Assembly (NCBI RefSeq): GCF_021869535.1
Contig: NW_026262734.1
Coordinates: forward strand, 42,408,001-42,472,000
Direction: 5' to 3'
From: Mytilus californianus
Taxonomy: Eukaryota
Length of the DNA: 64,000 bases
Shown piece by piece: positions 51,901 to 62,844 of the stretch. Both the position numbers and the translations under genes were made by a program. The notes beneath the pieces are model-generated. The model did not search any database and had not been told where the DNA came from. It saw nothing but the letters and a program-made list of their open reading frames with translations. The stretch's first letter is position 1. Each line of letters begins with the position of its first letter.

Positions 51901-53300
51901 TCAGCAATTTTCACTCTCAGGGTGGAATTTAAGTGCTGTTTTTATCATAGTTGCCCTTAATCAACTTTTTATTGATAAGCTTACAAATTGCATAGGTAAA
52001 AAAAATCCTTCATTGATTTAGTGTAAACATGTATATCCCCCTTAAGGTGGCACGGTAGTATTTCCTGGCCCATAAGGGATAATGATAGCCTTTTTAGAAT
52101 TTTCACCACTTTCTTACACTGCTAAAAATTCTACATTCACAGTTAACTGAAGTACTTTCATTTTACTATTCAGAAATGAATTTGAATATGTATCATGACC
52201 GTTTACTTTTTTTGCTATCTTTAAGAACCTAAGGCCACTAGTGCTTTTTCTACACCTGATTCATCCCTCAGTTTGGGAAAGTATGTTCAGTTGATACTGT
52301 ATTTTTTGTCCAATCATAATGTTCAGATACATCGACTTAAGTAGGGTACACAAAAGAGCAACCTAAATTCTGGAATGCAAGTACTACCGTGCTACCTAGA
52401 GTAATTTAGAGCTGGTAAACTCAGTGTATGATAAATATTTCTGGTTATGGAATACATTATCTTGCATTTATTTTCATATTTTTCTAGAAATTCACACTTG
52501 TTTGTTTGTAGTATAATTATTGTGTGTGTATTTTTAGAATAGGAAACCAGATCAGATCTGGGGTTCTAATACTAAAAAAGGTGTTTCGGTTATGGTCATG
52601 TAGACCTAGGCCTATCCTCATCAGGTATCCCTAGCCTATATGTTTCCTTTCTTGTAATATGAAGAATAGTTTCAATTTGATTTCTCTTATGGGGATGACT
52701 GATAAAATACACATACTTATCTATCACACAGTGCAGGATCTATTTTAACGCTATAACATAGGAAGTAAAGACTGTTTTGTCTTGTTTTTGTAAAGAAACA
52801 GTAATAATCATCTCTCAAATAGAGATTGATAATACAAGTTATTCTCAAATAGAATAACAACATATAATAATCTCTCAAATAGAGACTGCTATTAATAGAA
52901 TAGCAAAAATAAAGTAATCTCTCAAATAGAGACTGCTATAATAGAATAGCAAAAATAAAGTAATCTCTAAAATAGAGACTACTTTAATAGAATAGCAAAA
53001 ATAAAGTAATCTCTCAAATAGAGACTGCTTTAATAACTAATTTGTTCTCACATAGAATAGCAAAAAAAGATATTTAATTTCTCAAACAGAGTATTAAAAG
53101 CAATGAACAAACGTTTTACATACAAAAGACATAAAAAATATTAAATAAAGACAGGGGAAATATTTTGTTAGCATTTTAACAGTAACTTCTTGAAGAAATA
53201 TGTTTGCACTAACTTTTGATTACTTTTCGCATGTTGAAAATTTCATTTAATATATATTATATTTGCATTTTCATATTTTAGAGATGGTGACCTGCAGTGA
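46580..53300 (+). CDS. Candidate spliced host gene, unidentified; exons 46580-46638, 49312-49366, (one unresolved), 52538-52624, possibly 53282-53300
   Basis: MEKTLRRKLFSLLREIQPE|N|PPVNYKIQYAIRALMKYK joins in phase (donor GTAAGT, long pyrimidine acceptor). The 87-nt exon is open in one frame only (IGNQIRSGVLILKKVFRLWSCRPRPILI). A phase 0-to-2 exon in between was not found with confidence. Confidence 0.45.
48248..48676 (+). mobile_element. pearl/MgE-like HINE
   Basis: tttttagctcacc + hairpin gttccgaaggaac + gtgagc; (cgtc)n microsatellite; 3' caggtgagcg + hairpin aggctcttgagagcct + cttgtt. Confidence 0.85.
48683..48925 (+). mobile_element. Second, partial HINE
   Basis: gtccgtccgtctgtcc microsatellite and terminal gtgagcagtagctcac hairpin. 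Confidence 0.55.
50401..50821. mobile_element. TTAA-flanked MITE, copy 1 (Kolobok-like)
   Basis: TIR ggtggcacggtagtattt / aaatactaccgtgctacc; TTAA at 50397-50400 and 50822-50825. Confidence 0.92.
52046..52396. mobile_element. TTAA MITE, copy 2, internally deleted
   Basis: Same TIRs; left TTAA at 52042-52045; right flank TAGA. Confidence 0.9.
52805..53095. repeat. 46/47-bp minisatellite
   Basis: tctctcaaatagagactgct..aatagaatagcaaaaataaagtaa at 52871, 52918, 52964 and 53010. Confidence 0.85.
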
Positions 53301-53819
53301 GACAGCAGTAGACAGTTACTTATAACACATCATGGCCATTACGGAAGACCTGATTAAATTTGTTTAGAAAGCCACCAAATATGTCCATGAAAAGTAGAAA
53401 AAGCCAGCAATTCTATATAATGTACTAAGCAAAAGAATTGACTATTTCAAGACCAAATGAATTGGCATTTAGTGTTTTGGTGCTGACAGACAGAGGAATA
53501 TTAACTGGACAATTTAGCTTCTTTTTCATCATCATGTATCATTGAAGTTGATGTTTACAATCTTAAAGAGCTTTTACCTCATGATCAGTTAAAATGAATT
53601 TTAAATACAGGCAGTTAAGAGATTTATGAGTTTTCATACAATTGGAGTTTCAAAAAAGGATTTCATTTTAAAAAAATGTATTTCACGGATGTAATTTGTT
53701 GTCTCTTTCATGAAATATTTAAAAAATCTGCAAAAAATAACTAAGAGAGAGAGATCTACATATAGACATATGATATTGAACTGTAAGGAAGGAAATATTC
53801 ATTTATAAGACTTATATGA

Positions 53820-54582
53820 GTAAAATTGAGAATGGAAATGGGGAATTTGTCAAAGAGACAACAACCCGACCATAGAGCAGACAACAGCCGAAGGCCACTA
53901 ATGGGTCTTCAATGCAGCGAGAAACTCCCGCACCCGGAGGCGTCCTTCAGCTGGCCCCTAAACAAATATGTATACTAGTTCAGTGATAATGGACGTCATA
54001 CTAAACTCCAAATTATACACAAGAAACTAAAATTAAAAATGATACATGACTAACAAAGGCAAGAGGCTCCTGACTTGGGACAGGCGCAAAAATGCAGCGG
54101 GGTTAAACATGTTTTTTGAGATCTCAACCCTCCCCCTATACCTCTAGCCAATGTAGAAAAAACAAACGTACAACAGTACGCACAGTAAAACTCAGTTTAA
54201 GAGATGTCCGAGTCCGATGTCAGAATAGGAAACAAAAGAAAATAAACAAAATGACAATAATGCATAAATAACAACAGACTACTAGCAGTTACTGACATGC
54301 CAGCTCCAGACCTCAATTAAACTGATTGAAAGATTATGTCTTCATCATATGAATATCAGGCACAATCCCTCCTGTTAGGGGTTTAGTATTATACCGTCAT
54401 AAAATATATGAGAAGAACAAAACCCGTGTCATGCCAACAACTGGTTTTAGAATAAATATGTTTAATTCCGATGCAAAGACCCTATAAGTGAATCCATATT
54501 AAAGCCAAAATATGCAATTTTTAATGACCTGACAACAGTATCGTAACTATATCCCTTCTTAATAAGTCTGTTTAAAGGTTTT
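53820..54582 (-). mobile_element. PLE family 1 3' tail plus the last codons of the ORF
   Basis: Highly similar to 28681-29440. Confidence 0.9.
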
Positions 54583-57046
54583 GTTTTGTTATTTTATGGC
54601 AATTACAGGGAAAAGATAAGTAATTTGATTTAAACATTCATGACATTAATCCTACCCACAGATATACATGAGATACACATGTACATGTAGGCATACAATT
54701 CACTAATGCACCACTAACGGAGTTACATGTAATTAAAAAACTAAGAATATGACATATGATTGCCAATGATACTACTATCAATCAGAGAACAAATAGTCAT
54801 ATACATGTATATATTGTCCACCAGAGAACAAGAAAATCATATTTTATCATGATTTATATTTCAAATTCATTTCATAACACAGAATACAGGTATACAAAAA
54901 GTTCAGAAGCATAAAAAAGTGTTTTAATTGCAGATTTTGTTCATCTTAAAGTCCTATTGATGTTGGCCTTCAATACTGAGCAAGACTTCTGTAACAGCCA
55001 CAGAATGTTTCAACAAAAAAAATATGGGTATTTTTTGTGCTTGTATTTATATCATCGATCATGTAACTGTCATTTTTTACATATGTACATGTACATATGT
55101 ATCTAGTTTGTCTGTATCAGAAAATTCTGCAATGTTTTCATTTCTTGTCTAAATTAAAATTGGTTATACGTTTGGCAAAAAAAAAAATATAAATATATAT
55201 AAATGATGGTATTATTTGTATCCAGCATTTTCTTTAACTGCAATAATTAATCTTACATTTTTTGTCCTGGCATTGTTCAATAATTATAATTATCTTAGGA
55301 ATAAATTTACTCAAAACAAGGATTTGTATAGTAAGACTATACAAATCCTTGCTAAATTTTTTTTGATTTTACAACATTGTACAATAGTTATATCTTTTTG
55401 AAGAATATATAAACTTGGAATCTTTTGATGGAATATTTTCACAGTATAAGAGATTCTTATAAATAGCATGCTTAGCAAAAGATGTTAGATATACATGTAT
55501 GGCAATGAGACAGCATCCCCAACACAGACAGAAATTGCTTTCTTCTTATTTTGAAATTGCATAAATGTACATATTTTTGTAATACAGCTAGAATTTGATA
55601 TAAAAATAAGAGGATGTGGTTTAATTGCCAATGAAGATTTGATTAACAATTAAGTCATTTTACTGTGATTGGGTCAGGTAAATTTTAACCACTGATTGTA
55701 CCCTTGTCAACGATATTTGGTAGGAAGTACTAGTATGTAGTTTTATAAGCATTTACCCATCATTTTTAATTTCCATGCTGACTGTTTTGCCCTGTCCCTT
55801 ATGACACGATTCATTTACCTGAAACTTTTGGATTGTTTAATGTGTAAAAATTGTGATTAAGTTAGTCTTTTCTGTATATATATATATATACTGGTACATG
55901 GAATTTCTTTTATTCTGACAGAAAAGAAATACCATTCAGTTGCCTCCAATTTCAGCAGATGATGGGAAATACGTTTTCTGATTTTAACATGTTTAAGATA
56001 AACCTAAAAAATATTATGGCACTTAATAATGAAAAAAACAATTGATTGATTGTGCTGAATGTCACGTAAGCACTTATGGCTATTTCATGGCTCTCCATTT
56101 TTATAGGTGGGCAGAAAATACTAGGTCACTATTTCCAACTTCATGGTACAATTGTATACTATAAGGTTGAGAAATAAAGATAATTATATATATGACACTT
56201 AGGTTGCTGATTGAATCAAAGGTAAATGTATCTGAAACTAATCGGATGTAGATTTTGTCACAGATGCGATTAAAATTAGTGGTATATGCATCAGATATTT
56301 GTCGAATTGGTTTTCGCTTTATTATATAGTATAAGCATCAATCGTGAGAGCTCAAGGTTCATTTTTTTTAAGTATGGGGTACTCAATGCCACAGCTTCTA
56401 ATCCTTTCCCCAAAAAGGTAGTTTGTGCAAATATTAAAACTTACTCATTCTAGGAAACGGGAATTTCATCCCCCATGTTAATGCTGGTGTGTGTTTTTGA
56501 ATATTCCAAACAAAATTAAATAAGTAAAAAGAGGGCAGAATAATTTTACCAAGTAATTGTAAGAATGTTGGAATAAATAAAATATTGCTCCAGATGGGAT
56601 GAAAAGGAATATTCTTTCCAACAAAATGCAGGAAATCACTAGGAACACAATTAAAAAAAAGCAAGCCATACAAAATACTAAGCTGGCAACTGGTGAAAAT
56701 TCATATTCATTTAGAGGCAAAAAATCATCCTGCCCTCACCAGAATAAATTCAAAAAGACCTCCCAATCATGATTTACAAACTTATACCAGTCGCACTTGA
56801 GAAACAGGAGATATTCAACTGGTAAAATCTGAATATTTATATGCAGGTAGGAGTTAAACATTATCAATGACACACTGAGCAAACAAAAAATCATTAATTT
56901 TGGTATAAACTAAAGTTCTTTGTGAAAATGCTACTTGTTTCATTAAAATGTTAATGGTTCACAATATACAAGCACTAGAAGAGACCAAGTATGCTATTAA
57001 TTTATATAATGAACTTGCACTTACAAGATGAGAACTATACTAGGAC

Positions 57047-57200
57047 ACCAGATGCGGATTCCGAATTTGGACAAAAAAAGGGGGGGGGACTGCGTGTAAC
57101 AACACTAATCGACGTTTAGAGTGTGACATATAAACATATAATAATAACCATATAATGGTTGATACACAAGGGGTCAGAGCCCACCTGAATCCGCCTCTGC
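57047..57200. mobile_element. Short MITE-like element
   Basis: cagatgcggattc ... gaatccgcctctg imperfect TIR; no TSD seen. Confidence 0.4.
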
Positions 57201-58765
57201 CATTTGCGAAATACACAAGAGGTGGAATGCAAATTAATGACAGAAGATGTAAATATTCTATTCTATGAAAATCCGGCCTGTCAAAAAACAATTCTGAATT
57301 GGAACCTTCAATAAATTAAGCAAGCAATAAGAGAATGTTTGTTGTCATTATTATATGAAACGCTTCACGGTGAGTACAAAATATACACTTAGTTTTTCCG
57401 TCAGCCGATCTAACTACTACAGGGTCTTTCAAACGTTTTTATCTCGCCATTTCAAGGCGACAATTCTACTACATGTAAAATTACCTGAAAAGGGCAGATG
57501 CAAGAGCTATACCAACCCACTTCATTCTGGTATTGGTAGAAAGGCCACATTTCAAATTTTTCAAAAAGTGCTGTGACTAGTTATATATATAGCGTTCGTG
57601 TAAATGAAATTTCACAACCCGAAGTGCCAAAAATCAATAAATCGATAAAATTCTCCAGGTTTTATTGTTTTTTATTTACAAAACCTCTAATAAAAAACTA
57701 GTGGCAGCACTTTTCCAGTAAAATAAGTTATCCTGATTACAAGGGTACCAAAACCAGGGCGATCCGATTTCATCTTGTACCTGCCCTTTTGATTTTTGAG
57801 GAAATGTCCTTACTTTCAGTTTGAAGTCACGTGACACTAGTGTATTTATATTTTTCTATAGATAAAAGTTTGGAATGTAAATCAGAATAGACCGTTTTCC
57901 CTCTGTTTACTCTTATGACGTGCATTTTGGCCTTCGGGCAGAGAACACTAACTTTGAGTTCAATATGATCATGATGATTTTTCCTGTGTATAAAAAAGGG
58001 AAATTTCTTGAAACGCCCTTAACGTCCCTGCGTAGTGTAAAAGAGATCATAAATTCATTCTCCGTTTATACTCTCCGTAAAAAATTGCGGTTGTATTTTG
58101 TTTTTAATATATTACATTCTTTTGATTGTCTTAGTTTTCGATAACTGTAAATATATCATTGATGCATTATCAATAAGCAGAGAACGTGTGTGTGTGTGGG
58201 TAAGGGGGAGTTGTATGATTGGTCACTCCATTTCAGAGTTCTTGTCAAATGTTATAGTCGTCCCGCGAATCTAACAGATAATATAAAACTTTCCATGTAT
58301 ATATGTATATGAACATGTACAAAATTGCGAGTATTTGTTGAGGATGTTGATCTTATCGGACGTTGCTTTTATATGTCGTCCGATCTGCAATAATTTTGTG
58401 CCCTAGTGAATTTAGCTTATTGTCAGTAACGCAATCCAACAATTGAATATTGTTTTTTTTTATCTACAAAACTATGAGCTAAGGCTCCCAAACCCATATT
58501 TTGGAGTTATTCTATTATTTGCTTTTTTTAACGTTGCTAATATTTCTATGTCACGACAGCTTTTTTTTTAATCTGTGTTAAAAAGGCGTTTACCATAATG
58601 TAATAGGTCTTTGCACATAGCGTAATAGGCGTTTGCCATTATCATAATATGTGTTTGCACGTAACGTAATAAGTGTTCACTTATAATGTTATAGGTGTTA
58701 CACATAACTTAATAGGTGTTTGCACATAATGTAAAAGGTATTTTCACATAACGTTATAGCTGTTT

Positions 58766-59114
58766 GGTCGATGCCACTGCTGGTGGACGTTTCGTCTCCG
58801 ATGTTATCAACAGCTCAGTATTTAGCACTTCGGTGTTGACATGAATATCAATTATATGGTCATTTTTATAAATTAACTATTTGCAAAAGTATGAGTCATT
58901 CGAAATACTGAGGATTTTCTTATCCCAGGCATATATTAACTAAGCTGTATTTGGCACAATTTTTTGGATTTTTGGGTCCTCAATGCTCTCTAATTTTATA
59001 CTTGTTTGGCTTTTCTAACTATTTCGATCTGAGCGTCACTGATGAGTCTTATGTAGACGAAAAGCGCGTCTGGCATATCAAATCATAAGCTTGGTACCTT
59101 TGATAAATATTTAC
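58766..59114 (+). mobile_element. Retrozyme-like monomer, about 349 bp
   Basis: Carries a hammerhead; body (gtcgatgcc..ggtggac..atca.cagctcag..cacttcggt.ttg.catgaa) is homologous to the reverse complement of 34310-34400. Confidence 0.85.
59033..59076 (+). ncRNA. Type I hammerhead ribozyme (minimal stem III)
   Basis: gcguca-CUGAUGA-gucu(uaugu)agac-GAAA-agcgcg-UC-uggcau; core intact; one mismatch in stem III. Confidence 0.88.
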
Positions 59115-60559
59115 AAATAACGTAATAGGTGTTTGCACATAACGTAATAGGTGTTTGCAAATAATTTCATAGGTTTTTGCACATAAAGCAATAGGTGTTT
59201 ACACATACTGTCATGGGTATTTGCACATAAGTAAAAGGTATTTGTACAACAAACAAAGCATAAAAATGACATATTATACCATTGCTTGACAAAAAAAAAT
59301 CATTTGACATAACAAAGAAATAAGAAGTGTCAGGAAATAAAGCAATAAACAACTCATCGTTTCATGTTAGGTGACGCATGTGACAGTAGCAAAAACATGT
59401 CTACGCAGTGGTCATTCTTGTATAAAATTATCGTGATCAGATTAATACCAAGTATATTGCCCTCTAAATGTCATTTAGGAGTACATGTGTGTTTGAGTAA
59501 CTAAAACATAAGGGTATACCCAACTCCTTTCCCTTTATAGTTAGTTTAGGTGGGATGACTTTTCAACCATCAAAATGTTGATTTCAAGTATAGGAGAGAC
59601 TATATTCTGTTTCTTATTTTATTTATTTTACATAAAGTTGATATCCTAAACAGTAATAATGTTAATTAAATCATTAATAGATTTATAATATGAGAGAGTA
59701 ATGTTTAAACATATATTTTTTCAAGAACGGTTTGCTTTAATTCCCTTTTATCTTAACAGGTAACACATTTATTATGCGACTAGAGAAAAACAATACACCT
59801 TATAGGTATTTGTGCTTCCGTGACACTTTACCCAATATTTTACGATACCTGACCTGGCGCCAAACGCAATCATTATGGCATTGTATTTATTCCCTCAAGA
59901 CTATAAATTTTACCGGATTGTATAAGCGGACAAATAACGAGGTGCATATAATTTGTATAACAAATTTTCTGTGATATATATCCAGTCATCAAAGTCAAAA
60001 ATATTGCATCTAAGTGTCTTTACATTTTACTTTGAAAAAAACTCGTTAAAATTCATGACAAACAATTTGGCAAGTATTTGTTTAAAAACCTAGTAGACGG
60101 ACAAAAGGTCAACTCATGGTTTGTATTGTGTTATTCTTCAGAAGTAGCCCAAACCGACGAAAAACGATATATAGTTCCTGCATGATTATCAACGAAAACT
60201 GTTTTTCATTATTCATCAGCTATTTTTCTTCTATCATAGATGCATCATTCGTGTAAACAAAAATTCATTTTAAATGTATAAAAATAAAGATGATAATATA
60301 CTTGACTATTGTTTACTTCTTTGGGATCATCGTACAGAATATCCGAATATCAAGAATATGTTTAGTCCAGATTTAGCATACTTTACAAAAACTTGTTTTC
60401 TTCCTTATTTTTATTTCGCGAAAGACGCCTTCGAAAATTCTATATTTTTTTTATAATTGATACACTAACATCCTATTTAAACATCGAATTTGATATATTT
60501 GTCATTTTTGAGGTATAACATAAATCGTTATGATTTCTACCCAGGTAAAGTAACAACCG

Positions 60560-61617
60560 ATATGTATATATTTCCACTCGATTCATGTCGCCATGTCGGC
60601 CAGTCATATCTCAGATTGGTACTGTCGCAGTATTTATTGGACGCTATATCGATTATTTTTTAGTACCTATAGTACAAAAACAACACACTTATATAAAGGA
60701 TACGTCTGATCTTATATACAAGTTGGAAAGGATTAAGCCTAATGCAGGTTGCTGGCTGTGTAGCTTTGATGTAGTATCAATGTACACTAATTGCCCAATT
60801 AATGAATTATTATCGGCAGTTAGAGTTTCGTATGATCAATTTGATAAATCAGATTACAAAATCAAATGCCCACCTACGGATGATTTAATCTATCTCCTCA
60901 GATCAATTTTAGAGAACAACAGTTTTGATTTTAATGGACAGCTTTTAAGCAAAAAATAGGGGCCGCGATAGGAGCAGTGCCAAGCCCGCAAATCTGTGAT
61001 ATACTCATGTATAAAATTATGAAAGAAATTCTTTCTAAGTTTGAACATAGAAAAAATATATTTTTCTATGGAAGGTATCGTGATGATATTATATTAATAT
61101 ATCACGGCAACTGGAAAGAAATAAAGGATTTGTTAGAGTTAGGAAATAATCATCATCCGTTCCTGAAATTCACTATAGAATTTTCATCTAAAGAAATTAT
61201 ATTTCTTGATGTAAATATTTTCAAAGGAACTAGGTTTTCTAATGAAAATGTCCTGGATATGAAAACACAATTTAAACCGACAAATGCCTTCTTTTATCTA
61301 GATCGTAAAAGCTGTCACAGTCGACCGGTGTTTGCAGGGATTATCAAGGGCGAAGTTATCAGATACATTAGAACAACAAATAATGATGTTGATTTACAAT
61401 ATATTTTGTTACAGTTCAGATTGAACTTAATAAAGATAGGATACAAGGAGATTGAAATCGAAAAGTACACAAATGAGGCATTATCATGTAATAGATCTCA
61501 TTTAATCAGAAAAAAAGCCAAAAAACACACAACGAAATATTTTCAAGCAAACCAATAATAGCTTATAAAAAGCATAAATATATAGCAGATCTATTGACAA
61601 CGACAACATTAAAATAA
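60560..61617 (+). pseudogene. PLE family 2 RT, copy 1 (5'-truncated)
   Basis: PCRPVISQIGT, FDVVSMYTN, NNSFDFNG, GAAIG, YGRYRDDI, FLKFTIE, IIFLDV, KPTNAFFYL..SCH, GEVIRY; ends EIFSSKPIIAYKKHKYIADLLTTTTLK* at 61615-61617. Confidence 0.92.
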
Positions 61618-61628
61618 ATTGATAGGTA

Positions 61629-61718
61629 AATCCCTGATGATGGCGGGTCTACAATGCTTAAACCCATTCATTAGCATATAATACAAAAACCGCCGAAGCA
61701 CTAAATTAGTGTCGGATT
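61629..61718 (+). ncRNA. Type I hammerhead ribozyme with extended stem II, just 3' of the PLE ORF
   Basis: Stem I aaucc/ggauu; CUGAUGA-U; stem II ggcgg/ccgcc with inner augcu/agcau helix; GAAG (A15.1 replaced by G); stem III cacua/uagug; GUC cleavage site at 61711-61713. Confidence 0.8.
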
Positions 61719-62479
61719 GATGTAAAGCAATTGCAAGTCTAGTAATACTAGCATCATATGATCACTATTTTGTAATATAATTACAATAAAATACTAATAG
61801 TATGTATACGGAGTCTTCTGAATAAGAATTTTTGCTACTGGAATTCAGATTGATGTTGGAATGCGTGGATGTTAGGTGTCACTTTTATACAAAGTTTGCA
61901 TTTGGGATTGTGTCCCACTGGCACCTTCCCTTGTATCATCATTTAGTTGGTGATCCGTGTTTCTAATCTTTCTGGAATTCGATACTAATTAACCTTGTTC
62001 CTATAAATAATTTTGGCGATGCCATTACGACGGAAAAGCTTGTCAAACATTAACATAGGTTAAATGTCACTGAAACAATTCACTTACTTAGTTCAAAAAG
62101 TTATTTATTGTTTTGGGAAAGGAAGTACGGCACCGTTGGTCATTCCTTTCTAATTCACATAATTGGCGTTACTGTCACATTAGTAATTCAAACATATTGT
62201 TGTTGAAAACAGATTCTGAAGAAAATGCATATATTATCAGTGATAATTTATCACGTTAAAAGAGAAACACTGAGGATATTCCTCAGGTGAAATCTTTGGA
62301 AATCCAAAGCACACATGAAGCTTTTTCCAACGAAACATTTGATGATAAGGACATATAAATCGAAAGAAATTATTGCATTTTCTCGTGATCAGAATTAGGA
62401 ATAAAAAATAAATATTTTATTGGTTTATTTGAAATAACTAGTGCTTGGCACTTGATACCTAGTGAAGAAAAACAATAAT

Positions 62480-62783
62480 ATTTATTGTTTTTATTTATAA
62501 TGTAATTTTGGAATTAATTTTTTCCATTAAAGTGGTATGTATTGAAGTATTTATTACTCTTAACATAATTACAGAAGTAACTGGGCCAATGAAAATCAGT
62601 TTAGGCAAATACACCACGCCTCCTACCATTAATATTTATTGTTTTTATTTATAATGTAATTTTGGAATTAATTTTTCCATTAAAGTGGTATGTATTGAAG
62701 TATTTATTACTCTTAACATAATTACAGAAGTAACTGAGCCAATGAAAATCAGTTTAGGCAAATACACCACGCCTCCTACCATT
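62480..62783. repeat. Tandem duplication, 152/153 bp, containing a CCAAT motif
   Basis: 62480-62630 is nearly identical to 62632-62783. Confidence 0.92.
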
Positions 62784-62844
62784 TCGTTTTGTTGATTTTG
62801 CATTGATAATAGTCTTTCAGATACTAGTCTATGTGATCACAGAT

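Larger units (their letters stand above)
58581..59265. repeat. 22-bp minisatellite (acataacgtaataggtgtttgc), interrupted at 58766-59114
   Basis: About 8 units on the left and about 6-7 on the right. Confidence 0.9.

Noticed and set aside
53298-53300. TGA as a selenocysteine codon in the candidate gene
   Set aside because: No SECIS recognised; an ordinary stop is the simpler reading.
56777-57560. Minus-strand mini-exons (MKWVGIALASALF; EYLLFLKCD) and plus-strand ATGAAACGCTTCACG|GTGAGT
   Set aside because: Splice-like signals exist, but the phases do not join into a consistent or recognisable product.
60274-60456. 60-aa ORF upstream of PLE copy 1
   Set aside because: No motif recognised and not homologous to the region upstream of copy 2.
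61870-61940. Minus-strand GHNPKCKLC as an inverted PLE Cys-linker/GIY-YIG
   Set aside because: No GIY-YIG motif follows in any frame; a single CxxC is expected by chance.
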